Origin: a virus
Lineage: Duplodnaviria; Caudoviricetes
Length of the DNA: 64,000 nt
Strand: one strand, 5' to 3'
Virus record (IMG/VR): IMGVR_UViG_3300037797_000133
Coordinates: 1 to 64,000 of that record
Shown: positions 7,720 through 16,234 of the stretch, piece after piece
Numbering within the stretch: the first letter of the stretch is position 1
Layout: every line of letters begins with the position of its first letter
The notes under the pieces: model-generated
Databases searched by the model: none
Seen by the model: the letters and a program-made list of their open reading frames with translations, nothing else
What the model was told of the DNA's origin: nothing
Program-made: the position numbers and the translations under genes

Positions 7720-7896
7720 TCAGTCGGGGTAGGTCTCGTAGCCGACCCAGGCGCCGGCGCGGTAGCTCGCCATGACGCCGTTGTCCTCGAAATCGACGAG
7801 GTCGAGCGAGCCGTCTTCGCCCACGGTGCCGAAGCAGCCGGGGAACTCGTCGGTGTCGCCGGTGTCCTGGGAGTTGGTCAGCACGCTCGTGCGCAT
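7720..7896 (-). CDS. Hypothetical protein
   Basis: GAAGGA RBS, acidic small ORF. Confidence 0.5.
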   Translation of the reverse strand: MRTSVLTNSQDTGDTDEFPGCFGTVGEDGSLDLVDFEDNGVMASYRAGAWVGYETYPD

Positions 7897-7900
7897 GAGG

Positions 7901-8278
7901 TCAGTCCTTCGTGTCGTGATCGGGGTCTTCGGGGAAGCTGGCGCCGTAGGTGCTGGTGAACGAAGCAGACACGAGCGCCCCGACCAGTGCACTGACGATC
8001 GCCTCGGCCTCGGCATCTCGCTCGGTCGGGGCGTCGAGCCACGCCATTGCTCGGTCGACGCCGGGAATCGCGGCGAGGTCGGCGGTCCGCTCGCCGTAGG
8101 CGCCTGCGAGACGCACCAGAACGAGGAAGCTGGGGCGCTCCCGGTCGTTCTCCAGCTTCGACAAGTAGGGGACGCCGATGCGGCACCGGTCAGCCACCTG
8201 GGCGAGGGTCCAGCCCTTCGCGGTGCGGCATGCCTTGAGACGGTCGCCGAGGGTGGGAAGCGTGGTCGTGTCGATCAT
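7901..8278 (-). CDS. XRE-family HTH regulator
   Basis: LGDRLKACRTAKGWTLAQVA...YLSKLEND. Confidence 0.8.
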   Translation of the reverse strand: MIDTTTLPTLGDRLKACRTAKGWTLAQVADRCRIGVPYLSKLENDRERPSFLVLVRLAGAYGERTADLAAIPGVDRAMAWLDAPTERDAEAEAIVSALVGALVSASFTSTYGASFPEDPDHDTKD

Positions 8279-8285
8279 TGGTCCC

Positions 8286-8543
8286 TCACGCCGCCGATGC
8301 CGGCAGCTGAACTTCGGCCTTCCAGGCCTCGCCGTTGGGGCCGAAGGCCCAGTGGGCGACCGGCGCCTGGGGCTCGACCTCGGCGATCCGGAAGCCACCG
8401 TGACCGGCGTAGACGTAGCGGACCTGGCCGGTGCTCCGAGCCGACTTGGCGGCACGAGCGATGGTCACCATCAGCGGGTTGCCGGCCGCCTGGCGAACCG
8501 TGGGGATCGGCCGGTTGCTGATGTCGGTGCGCTGCATCTCCAT
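8286..8543 (-). CDS. Hypothetical protein, first gene of leftward arm
   Basis: Leaderless start 7 nt after TAGGGT -10. Confidence 0.55.
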   Translation of the reverse strand: MEMQRTDISNRPIPTVRQAAGNPLMVTIARAAKSARSTGQVRYVYAGHGGFRIAEVEPQAPVAHWAFGPNGEAWKAEVQLPASAA

Positions 8544-8641
8544 GTCCATGACCCTACTCCTGGTGGGTCACCCGGTCAAGGGATATGACCCGCTATAGGT
8601 TGTGTCACATGACCCCCACGAAGTAGGGTCATGGACATGGA
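8539..8641. promoter_or_regulatory. Divergent promoter pair bounded by a perfect 20-bp inverted repeat
   Basis: TCCATGTCCATGACCCTACT (8539-58) / AGTAGGGTCATGGACATGGA (8622-41); TTGACC-N17-TAGGGT leftward; five TGACCC/GGGTCA boxes. Confidence 0.7.
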
Positions 8642-8867
8642 CGACAAGTCGGCCGCCCTGGCCAAGCTGGCGCGGACATCGCAGAAGGCCAAGGACTGGA
8701 CCGAGCAGAAGGCCAAGGACGCCGCCGCCGCCTACGAGGCAGGCGCCAGCGTCAGCGAGGTCGGCAAGGCGATGGGCGTCTCCCCTGAGGCCGCCCGCCG
8801 CTACCTGGAGCGTCAGGGCGTCCAGCGGCGGGAGGCCAACAAGCACCACGGGAGCGGGCAGCAGTGA
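8637..8867 (+). CDS. Small HTH protein
   Basis: GASVSEVGKAMGVSPEAARRYL. Confidence 0.75.
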   Translation: MDDKSAALAKLARTSQKAKDWTEQKAKDAAAAYEAGASVSEVGKAMGVSPEAARRYLERQGVQRREANKHHGSGQQ

Positions 8868-9538
8868 AACCACCGAGCAACTGGATCGACGTGGACGCGG
8901 CAGCGATGGCTGCCTACGTCGTCGAGCGAGAGATGAGCCCCAACGTGGCGGCGATCTTCAAGGGCCTCGTGCACTCGTCGGATCCGAACACGGGCCTGTG
9001 CACGGACCTCAAGGCGGCAGAGAAGATCGCTCGTCGTTTCCGGCGCAACCTCGGCACGCTGAACTGGCACTACCGAATCCAGGCGTTGCACTCGCAACAC
9101 GGCGCGATCGCGTTCTTGCGGTCGGAAGGGCTCGGAGGCATTCCGGCGTGGTACGAGCGCCCCACTGTGCTCATCGCCGACTGGCTGCGCCTGGTTCGGG
9201 CGACGGACGCTCAGGCCGAGACGGTCGCTGAAGCACACGCCCGCATCCTCGAACACCCGAGGACGTGGCCGGTCCGACCGATCGTGTACGGCACGTCCCT
9301 CTATCGGATGTGGAACTACGGCGGCGACCTGCTCTACGTCGGCATCGCCAGCGACCCCGGGAAGCGCTTCGACCAGCACTCCCGCTACAAGCGTTGGTGG
9401 CATGAGGTCGACACGATCAAGGTGATCCACTACCCCACGCGCGCCGAAGCGCGAGCGGCTGAGCTGGTGGCAATCCGCTCCGAGTCGCCCCGCTACAACG
9501 TGGCCGACGCGCCGAAGGTGGACGAGTCGGCCGCCTGA
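8864..9538 (+). CDS. GIY-YIG nuclease domain protein
   Basis: SLYRMW...LLYVGIA...RFDQH...AELVAIRSESPRYN. Confidence 0.8.
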   Translation: MKPPSNWIDVDAAAMAAYVVEREMSPNVAAIFKGLVHSSDPNTGLCTDLKAAEKIARRFRRNLGTLNWHYRIQALHSQHGAIAFLRSEGLGGIPAWYERPTVLIADWLRLVRATDAQAETVAEAHARILEHPRTWPVRPIVYGTSLYRMWNYGGDLLYVGIASDPGKRFDQHSRYKRWWHEVDTIKVIHYPTRAEARAAELVAIRSESPRYNVADAPKVDESAA

Positions 9539-9577
9539 CCCGTCCTCGTCCCTCTGCGGGCCTCTCCGGAACGAGAA

Positions 9578-9607
9578 CGGCCCCGCCGCTCACGCGCGAC
9601 GGGGCCG
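9578..9607. terminator. Hairpin between convergent genes
   Basis: CGGCCCCG/CGGGGCCG stem. Confidence 0.5.
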
Positions 9608-9635
9608 AACAGGGGGGAGGCGGGCTGGAGGGCGC

Positions 9636-11075
9636 TCAGGCGCTGCGTGACGACCGGTACTCGGCGACCGGGATCGGCTCGACGCCTGGCCGCATCCGCT
9701 CCCGGTAGAGGCGGCCGTACAGGTGGTCGACCTCGTGTCCGACCAGCCCCGCTACGGCGCCGTCGTACGACACGAGCCGCACCGTCCCGTCCACGTCCTG
9801 CTGCTCGACGTGCAGCCCCGCCGGCCGGACCGCCTTGCCGCGCACGTCGAAGAACGACAGGCAGCCCTCGTACGCCTCGACGGTCTCCTCTGATTCGCCG
9901 ATCACCTTCGGGTTGATGAGGGTCAGCACCTCGCCCTCAGGGGTCCTGACGAGCGCCACAGCGCGGCTGATGCCGATCTGCGGGGCGGCGATCCCCATCC
10001 CGCCGGAGAAGGCGTGAGCGCCTCTCACCCGCTCCATGGCGGACGCGAGCTCGGCGATGACCCGCCGGCAGTCCTCCGCTTCGGCGGGCAGGTCGAACGG
10101 GCGGGCGACCTCGGCGAGGATCGGGTCGCCTTCCTGCACGACCCCGATCGCCGCCATCGTCTGCGACGGCAGAGCGTCGGTCGTCTGCGGCGGCGCGGCG
10201 AACGACCACTCCAGGCGATACCGGGCCTGGAGCGGCGGGTCGTCCGTCGACCACGAGAACGTCACCGTGTCCCCGTCGGTCTCCTGGGCGATCGCTGTCG
10301 GTAGCGGCTGGGCGTCCGCCGTCGGCGCCGTCTCCATGCCCCACACGGAGGGGAGGAGCGCGGCGGGGAACTCGAGCCGGACCGCCATGTGCCGGGTCGG
10401 GTGGCGGACGGCCCGCTGGTACCAGTGGCCCCACTGCTCGTCGGAGACGGTGTAGCCGTACTCGATCCACGCCTCCTGGCCGGGGTAGAGCGGGAAGCGG
10501 CGGCCGTCGGGTGACTCGAAGCGGAGCCACACCTCCTTCACGGCGTCCCAGTCGTCCTTGACGTCGAGGCTCATCGGGCCGGCGTTGTGGCGCGCCCACA
10601 GGTCGAGCGTCTCCCACGTGAGCGGACGCTCCCGGTAGAGCAACTTCGACCGTTCGGGGTCGCCGGGGTACCGGTCGACGGAGATGCGGACGAGGTAGCG
10701 GGTGACGGGCTCTGTGCCGTCGTTGCGGAGGAGACGCCGCTGGGTGGGGTGGTAGCTGGTCCCGTCGTAGGTGAGGGTCGCTTCGTCGTGCAGGACGACC
10801 AGAGCGCCGCTGGTGGCCGCCGGCTGGTGCTGGCGCCGCCCGGTCGACGGGACGAGGGCGTGGGCCCGCAGGAGCGCCCCTCCGGCGCCGAGCGCCCGGT
10901 CTGCCTCGTCGGCGAACTCGGCCGATGGGCGGGCGACACGGGACTCGACCTTGGACACGTACGAGGCCGTGTAGGTGGTCTCGTCTGCGAGCGACGCCTG
11001 CGACATGCCGCGCACGTGGCGCCAGTGCTTGAGGGTGGTCACGAACGCATCGTCGAGGGCGGTCACTGTGGACAC
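9636..11075 (-). CDS. XRE HTH + unknown beta-rich domain + peptide deformylase fusion
   Basis: N-terminal LKHWRHVRGMSQASLA...YVSKVES; C-terminal PDF motifs GMGIAAPQ, EGCLS, HEVDH all intact. Confidence 0.88.
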   Translation of the reverse strand: MSTVTALDDAFVTTLKHWRHVRGMSQASLADETTYTASYVSKVESRVARPSAEFADEADRALGAGGALLRAHALVPSTGRRQHQPAATSGALVVLHDEATLTYDGTSYHPTQRRLLRNDGTEPVTRYLVRISVDRYPGDPERSKLLYRERPLTWETLDLWARHNAGPMSLDVKDDWDAVKEVWLRFESPDGRRFPLYPGQEAWIEYGYTVSDEQWGHWYQRAVRHPTRHMAVRLEFPAALLPSVWGMETAPTADAQPLPTAIAQETDGDTVTFSWSTDDPPLQARYRLEWSFAAPPQTTDALPSQTMAAIGVVQEGDPILAEVARPFDLPAEAEDCRRVIAELASAMERVRGAHAFSGGMGIAAPQIGISRAVALVRTPEGEVLTLINPKVIGESEETVEAYEGCLSFFDVRGKAVRPAGLHVEQQDVDGTVRLVSYDGAVAGLVGHEVDHLYGRLYRERMRPGVEPIPVAEYRSSRSA

Positions 11076-11162
11076 CTCACGAGCCTCGGGAGTGAACGCG
11101 GAAGGAAGCCCGCTCCGGGTTCCGGCAACGGGTGTGCTCGTCGTCCACTGCGCGGCATGCGG

Positions 11163-11399
11163 TCACGTCCGACCTCGCTCTGTGGCCCACGCTTCGACGT
11201 CGGCCCGCACCCAGAACGCTGCCCGTCCACGCTCGATGAACGGCGCCGGGAAGTCGCTGTAGCGGCGCCGGTAGACGCTGAGGCCGTCGGGGTTGCCGAG
11301 CTTGATGATCTCGGCGACCTGCGTCCGGTCGATCAGCTCGCCGGCGGCGATGCGCCTTTCGGTGTCCGATGGTGTGGGTGCAGGGGTCTCGGCGGGCAC
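11163..11399 (-). CDS. AlpA/excisionase-like HTH protein
   Basis: LIDRTQVAEII...FPAP...AFWVRADVEAW. Confidence 0.7.
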   Translation of the reverse strand: MPAETPAPTPSDTERRIAAGELIDRTQVAEIIKLGNPDGLSVYRRRYSDFPAPFIERGRAAFWVRADVEAWATERGRT

Positions 11400-11490
11400 A
11401 CCCAGATACTAGTTGACATACCCAACGTAAGGGTGTTGGGTGAGGCAACAGAACGAGACGGGGCGGGGGGAGTGCCAGCTCCCCCACGAC
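11400..11490. promoter_or_regulatory. Divergent control region of the transfer-like operon
   Basis: TTGACA 11413-18; palindrome ACCCAAC-N8-GTTGGGT 11420-41; leftward TAGTAT-N6-GTG; hairpin 11466-85. Confidence 0.6.
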
Positions 11491-11521
11491 CCCTAGGACA
11501 CCAGAGAGGGATAGCTCTCCG

Positions 11522-11785
11522 ATGACTTGCCCGGACGATACGTCGCGCGCGCCGACGGCTGCGCCGACCACCACCGACGACTCAGCCGCCGACCTGCGTG
11601 CGCTCATCGCCAAGCAGGGCGAGGTCATCGCCAGGCTTCAGGCCGACGCCGCCGAGACCGAGCGGGACATCGCGGTCCTCATCGAGCGGGTGTGGCGTAT
11701 CGCCGACCTGATGGGCGGTGCCTACCGGGCGAAGGTGCTCGCTCCGGTCGAGGGCCTCGACATCGACACGGGCGTCGAGCCGTGA
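11522..11785 (+). CDS. Coiled-coil hypothetical protein
   Basis: First gene of rightward operon. Confidence 0.55.
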   Translation: MTCPDDTSRAPTAAPTTTDDSAADLRALIAKQGEVIARLQADAAETERDIAVLIERVWRIADLMGGAYRAKVLAPVEGLDIDTGVEP

Positions 11786-12048
11786 GCAGCCGCCTGTTCT
11801 TCCCCGTGGTCCTGGCAGCGATGCTCGCCGCACGGGTCCTGATCGCTCCGGGCGCCGCCTGGCTGGTCGCCGCCGCCGTCGTGCTGGCCCTCGCCGTCGC
11901 CGAGGTGATGGACCGGGTCCGGGACCGTCGCCGCGACCGCGAGTTGCTGAGCCGACCGACCGTGATCATCGACGGCAAGCCGTACACGTCGGAGCAGTTC
12001 GTCTCCGGCGAGTGGCTGCACGACGAGCGACCGGAGGACCGGCCGTGA
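11782..12048 (+). CDS. Small membrane protein
   Basis: Two hydrophobic segments, coupled. Confidence 0.6.
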   Translation: MSSRLFFPVVLAAMLAARVLIAPGAAWLVAAAVVLALAVAEVMDRVRDRRRDRELLSRPTVIIDGKPYTSEQFVSGEWLHDERPEDRP

Positions 12049-12212
12049 AGCCCCTCGCCGTCCTCGTCGGCCTCGCTGCCCTCGTGGCTGCCGTGGTCGT
12101 GGCTGAGCGCATGACCCGCCCCTGCCGCCCGCAGCCCCTCGACCCCGCCGCGACGGACGCCATCTACCGGACGCAGCTCGACGCCGAGCGCTACGCCGGA
12201 GGCTGGACGTGA
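12045..12212 (+). CDS. Small membrane protein
   Basis: One TM segment, coupled. Confidence 0.5.
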   Translation: MKPLAVLVGLAALVAAVVVAERMTRPCRPQPLDPAATDAIYRTQLDAERYAGGWT

Positions 12213-12352
12213 CCCGCCTCCTGCCTCCGGTCTTCGACGGTCGGAGAGACGACAAGTACGCCTGCCCGATCCAGCGCTGCAATAAGACGGCCCGCGGCCA
12301 AGTGGCCCCGAGCTGCCCGCAGCACAAGGTCCCGATGGAGAAGGTGCGTTGA
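12209..12352 (+). CDS. Small Cys-rich protein
   Basis: CPIQRC...CPQH, coupled. Confidence 0.45.
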   Translation: MTRLLPPVFDGRRDDKYACPIQRCNKTARGQVAPSCPQHKVPMEKVR

Positions 12353-12504
12353 GCGCCTACCGCAAGACGAAGCGCTTCCTCTACCGGGCGCTCAGCTTCT
12401 CCAACGACATCGACGCCGCCCGCAAGGGGCCGAAGGCGCTCGCCCGACGGCTCCTCCGCAAGGAGCTGCTCAAGGGCGCTGGCCGACTGTCGAGGCGCAT
12501 CTGA
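12349..12504 (+). CDS. Small basic protein
   Basis: TTG start overlapping upstream stop. Confidence 0.45.
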   Translation: MSAYRKTKRFLYRALSFSNDIDAARKGPKALARRLLRKELLKGAGRLSRRI

Positions 12505-12683
12505 TGGGCGACGGCTTCACCGCCGCCGAGTGGGCGGTCCTCGCCGCGTTCTGGGCGGCGGTCATCGCTCTCGCCTGCGGTCAGCCCTGGCTCGCCGCGG
12601 TGGCCGGTGTCGCCCTCGTCGCCGCGGTCTACGCCGCCCTGCGGCAGCCCGAGGGGCCCGAGCGGGCCCCCGGCGACCGGTGA
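12504..12683 (+). CDS. Small membrane protein
   Basis: Two TM segments, TGATG coupling. Confidence 0.55.
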   Translation: MGDGFTAAEWAVLAAFWAAVIALACGQPWLAAVAGVALVAAVYAALRQPEGPERAPGDR

Positions 12684-12828
12684 TGGCCCGCACCCTCGAC
12701 CCGCCTCCCGGCCGGCCCCCGCACGTGCCGCCGGTGAAGCGCCCCCACCCGGTCGCCCCGATCCCTATCCGCCGGCCAGGCGAACCCCGCCGGCCCTGAA
12801 CCCCAGACAGCCACCAGGAAGGAACCAG

Positions 12829-13029
12829 ATGGCCAGACGCACCGAAGCCCAGGAGCGTGCCCTACGCACCCGTGTGGCGGCAGCCCTCGACGAGACCGTG
12901 GCGCTCGGCCAGGGTCGCCGCGACGCAGCGACGGGCCGGGCGGACAGCCGCAAGGCGTGGAAGGGCAACAGGCACGCCTACGCCGACGGTGTCCGAGCCC
13001 ACCGCGACCGGAAGGGCGGCGGGCGATGA
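12829..13029 (+). CDS. Small basic protein
   Basis: AGGAAGG RBS. Confidence 0.5.
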   Translation: MARRTEAQERALRTRVAAALDETVALGQGRRDAATGRADSRKAWKGNRHAYADGVRAHRDRKGGGR

Positions 13030-13160
13030 AGAAGACCAAGGGCCCGCTGCTCGGCCCCAACAACCGTCGCAAGCGGCCCGAGCTCGAGTGGTGCAAGCCG
13101 ACCCGGGCCGACCGCAAGGCCGACCGCGCCGAGCGCAAGCAGCAGCGGGGTCGTCGGTGA
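13026..13160 (+). CDS. Small basic protein
   Basis: Coupled. Confidence 0.4.
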   Translation: MKKTKGPLLGPNNRRKRPELEWCKPTRADRKADRAERKQQRGRR

Positions 13161-13339
13161 TGGCCCGCAAGCGGTTCGTCCCCAACGCCGGCGCTCGCAA
13201 CGACCGATGCCCGACGTGCGACGACACCGGGTCGACCCGAAGCGGTCGCCCCTGCATGCGCTGCACCGGCCGCAACGGCGGTCCTGGCCGGATCGTCCCG
13301 GGCCGCGAGCGCGGCCACCGCTACGGGAAGCGCCGGTGA
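13160..13339 (+). CDS. Small zinc-finger protein
   Basis: CPTC...CMRC. Confidence 0.5.
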   Translation: MARKRFVPNAGARNDRCPTCDDTGSTRSGRPCMRCTGRNGGPGRIVPGRERGHRYGKRR

Positions 13340-13665
13340 TGGCCGACCCGAAGGTCATCCGCTTCCCGAAGGCGACCACCGCCGAGGACAGCGAGCATCT
13401 CGCCGGGGCGCTCCGTGGCCTCAGCGCCGACGTCGGTGTCCGCTACGCCCGCGTCGCCGACGGCGGCCACCACGGGCGACCCCGGGTCGTCGTGGTCGTC
13501 GACGAGGTGCAGTCGTACCTCGGCCGGTCCCCGGTCAGCCGGGACATCGCCCGCCGGCTCGTCGACATCGCGAAGACGGGCCGGGCGGTCGACGTCACCG
13601 TCCAAGCCACCTACTCCAACCCGCAGGCAGTCCCGCTCGACCTGCGGGACGCCCTCACCCCCTAG
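13339..13665 (+). CDS. Truncated FtsK/TraB-like ATPase fragment (Walker B half only)
   Basis: VVVVDEVQSYLG...DIAKTG...DLRD aligns with TraB IFIDEAQRYIG...DIAKVG...DLRD; no Walker A. Confidence 0.65.
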   Translation: MADPKVIRFPKATTAEDSEHLAGALRGLSADVGVRYARVADGGHHGRPRVVVVVDEVQSYLGRSPVSRDIARRLVDIAKTGRAVDVTVQATYSNPQAVPLDLRDALTP

Positions 13666-13760
13666 CCCCCATCAGCGAGTTGGTCCGGCGGAGGTAGCCG
13701 CCTCCGCCGGACCGAAGTCCAGACCCACCCCCATCAGCAACGAGAGAAGGAACCAGACCA

Positions 13761-13916
13761 GTGAAGACTCGCACGCAGATCGAGCGGGAGGCGTGGCTGC
13801 GGCGCGACCGGCGCGTCAGCCGCAAGCGCACCCGCCAGCTCTCCGCCGCCATGCCGTCCATCGAGGACCAGCGGAAGCAGTTCGACCGCACCAGCCGCCA
13901 GGCGGTGGCCCGGTGA
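13761..13916 (+). CDS. Small basic protein
   Basis: GAAGGA RBS after 13-bp hairpin 13682-13713. Confidence 0.45.
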   Translation: MKTRTQIEREAWLRRDRRVSRKRTRQLSAAMPSIEDQRKQFDRTSRQAVAR

Positions 13917-14128
13917 CGATCACCCTCGGTCTCCTGCTCCTCATCGCCGGCTTCCTCGCATGGAAGATGCGCGGCGCCCAGATGCCCCACCTCGTCCTCG
14001 GGGCGCTCATCATGAAGGCGTCGACCGCCGGCTCGATGGTCGACCAGCTCGGCGCCACCGGCATCCAGGTCGTCCAGACCCTCGCCTCCGCCCTCAGCAC
14101 CGCCTTCGGCGGCGGGGCGATCGTCTGA
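13913..14128 (+). CDS. Small membrane protein (Spd-like context)
   Basis: Hydrophobic, coupled. Confidence 0.55.
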   Translation: MTITLGLLLLIAGFLAWKMRGAQMPHLVLGALIMKASTAGSMVDQLGATGIQVVQTLASALSTAFGGGAIV

Positions 14129-14388
14129 TGGCTGACGTCAACGACCGCCAGGAACGCGACGCCCCCCGTGTCGTCGTGGCCATCGACGAGTGCCAGCAGT
14201 GGGTGAAGCCGAAGCGTCCCCGGTGGCGGCTGAGCCGCTGGCAGCGGGCCGTGTTCGCCGTGCTCACTGTCGTGGCGTTCGTCCAGTCGTTCACCGACCC
14301 GTTCGCCGTCGCGGCGTTCGCCGTCGCTGTCGTGTGGCTCGGCGCTGACATCGCCGCGGACCTCCTCGAGCGGAGGGGGCAGCGGTGA
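14128..14388 (+). CDS. Membrane protein with N-terminal Walker-B-like motif
   Basis: PRVVVAIDECQQW followed by two TM helices. Confidence 0.55.
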   Translation: MADVNDRQERDAPRVVVAIDECQQWVKPKRPRWRLSRWQRAVFAVLTVVAFVQSFTDPFAVAAFAVAVVWLGADIAADLLERRGQR

Positions 14389-14657
14389 TCGGCGTCGACT
14401 CTCCGGCCGGCGGGACGGTCGACCCCGACCTGCTCATCGTCGGCGCCGCCCTGGTCGTCCTGTGGATCACCTTCGGGCGCAGCCACAGGGCGACCCGGGT
14501 GCGGACCCGGGTCGGTAACCGGCCCAAGGCCCGCTTCTGGTCCTGGTGGCCGGTCGCGGTCCTCGCCCTCGCCGTGATGATCGTGCTCGGCCTGCCCGGC
14601 GAAGGCATCCACATCGGCGGGGACAACGTCGCCGACACGACGGGGGAGGGGCCGTGA
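14385..14657 (+). CDS. Small membrane protein
   Basis: Two TM segments. Confidence 0.55.
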   Translation: MIGVDSPAGGTVDPDLLIVGAALVVLWITFGRSHRATRVRTRVGNRPKARFWSWWPVAVLALAVMIVLGLPGEGIHIGGDNVADTTGEGP

Positions 14658-14845
14658 ACGGTGGACCCGATCGCCAGGACCGCCCAGTGGCTGGTCCCTC
14701 TGGTGTGTCTGGCCTGCGTCGTGGCTGGTCTCGTCGATGCCATGGTCGGCCGTTAGCTGACGTGGCGCTCCTGCTCGTCGGCCCGGTCGCCGTCATCGGC
14801 GTGGCCGCCGTCGCCTACCTGATCGCCACGGGGCGGATCCGATGA
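14654..14845 (+). CDS. Small membrane protein
   Basis: C-terminal TM. Confidence 0.45.
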   Translation: MNGGPDRQDRPVAGPSGVSGLRRGWSRRCHGRPLADVALLLVGPVAVIGVAAVAYLIATGRIR

Positions 14846-14991
14846 TCGTCCTCGACCACGACCCCCTAACCGACGAGGACCGCACCCTGGCCGGCCCCGT
14901 CGAGCGGCGCATCCTCGCTGCGATCGACGAGTCGGAGCGGCTCGCCGCCGAGGAGGACGCCTGGCGGCGTCTGGCAGGGGAGGCGTCGTGA
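14842..14991 (+). CDS. Small acidic protein
   Basis: Coupled. Confidence 0.45.
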   Translation: MIVLDHDPLTDEDRTLAGPVERRILAAIDESERLAAEEDAWRRLAGEAS

Positions 14992-15164
14992 TCGGCCTCG
15001 CCTTCGGGGCGGTCCGTCACCGGATCGGCCTCCTCGTCGTCATCGCGGTGATCATCGTCTTCGCCACCGGCCTCCCCCTGCGGGTCGAGGAGCACTTCGC
15101 CCCCGTCGACAACCCGTACGACGACACCCCCACGACCACCGAACCGGAGGTGGCATCACCGTGA
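14988..15164 (+). CDS. Small membrane protein
   Basis: One TM, coupled to DUF2637 gene. Confidence 0.5.
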   Translation: MIGLAFGAVRHRIGLLVVIAVIIVFATGLPLRVEEHFAPVDNPYDDTPTTTEPEVASP

Positions 15165-16234
15165 GCAGCGCCAACGGACAGCGCTACGCCGAAGGCGACA
15201 TCTTCACCGTCTGGCGCGACCAGACCGAGGAGTACGTCGAGGAAGAGGGCAGGGTCGCCGCCCGGCGCACCACCACCGAACGGCGCCCCCGTACGCCCAC
15301 CGCCGCCGAGGGACGGGAGGCCGCAGGGTCGCTCCTCTTCGACGGGATCACCGCCCTCGGCATCGCGGTCCTTGGGCTCATCGGCTTCTACGTGAGCTTC
15401 TCGACGGTCCGCGACTCGGCGGTCGGCCAGTCGTTCGGGTCGAAGGCGTGGGCGCTCCCGCTCACCGTCGACGCCGGCATCGCCGTCTTCACCGCCCTCG
15501 ACCTCCGCATGGCCGCCCACGGCATGCGCGCCCGCTGGGTGCGCGTGTTCCCGTGGGCGCTCAACGGCATCACCGTCTACCTGAACGGCGCCGAGCAGGC
15601 CACGTGGGCCGGCAAGATCGGCCACGCCGCCCTGCCGTTCATGTGGATCGGCGCCGTCGAGGCCGTCGCCCTCATCGTGAAGCGTCGCACCCAAGGCCCC
15701 AAGCCTGAGGTCGACCAGATCCCCCGGGCCCGCTGGCTGCTCGCCCCCGGCCCGACCCTGCTGCTGTGGCGGCGCATGCGCCTGTGGGGCGTCACGTCCT
15801 ACGACGAGGCGCTCGAGCGCGAGTGCGACCGTCGCCTCGTCCGGGCCCGTCTCGCCCAGCAGCACGGTTCGCTGCGCAAGCTCCCGGCCGAGACCAGGGA
15901 GCTGTACCGGATGGGCAAGCTCCGGGCCACCGACGTCGTCCTGGAGGTGCCCGCGGTCGTCACGGTCGACCCGCCGGCCGCTCCTGCGGCCCCTGAGGCG
16001 CCCGTGGCGGCTCCGACGCTCGTCGCCGTCCCTGCACTGCCGCCGGCCGATGAGGCCCGCCGGGAGGACGTTGAGACGGCCGCCCGCCGGATCGTCCGCG
16101 ACCAGTTCGACGGCAAGTGCCCCGGCCGCCCCACCCTCACCGCCGCCCTCAAGGCCGACGGACACACGATCAGCAACGCCGACGCCGCCGACCTGGTGCG
16201 CCGGCTGAAGGCCGAAGGGAACGACAGTGCTTGA
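15161..16234 (+). CDS. DUF2637 membrane protein (transfer/spread-associated)
   Basis: Four TM segments with LPLTVDAG, LLWRRMRLWG motif, Pro/Ala linker, C-terminal HTH-like PGRPTL...ISN. Confidence 0.75.
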   Translation: MSSANGQRYAEGDIFTVWRDQTEEYVEEEGRVAARRTTTERRPRTPTAAEGREAAGSLLFDGITALGIAVLGLIGFYVSFSTVRDSAVGQSFGSKAWALPLTVDAGIAVFTALDLRMAAHGMRARWVRVFPWALNGITVYLNGAEQATWAGKIGHAALPFMWIGAVEAVALIVKRRTQGPKPEVDQIPRARWLLAPGPTLLLWRRMRLWGVTSYDEALERECDRRLVRARLAQQHGSLRKLPAETRELYRMGKLRATDVVLEVPAVVTVDPPAAPAAPEAPVAAPTLVAVPALPPADEARREDVETAARRIVRDQFDGKCPGRPTLTAALKADGHTISNADAADLVRRLKAEGNDSA

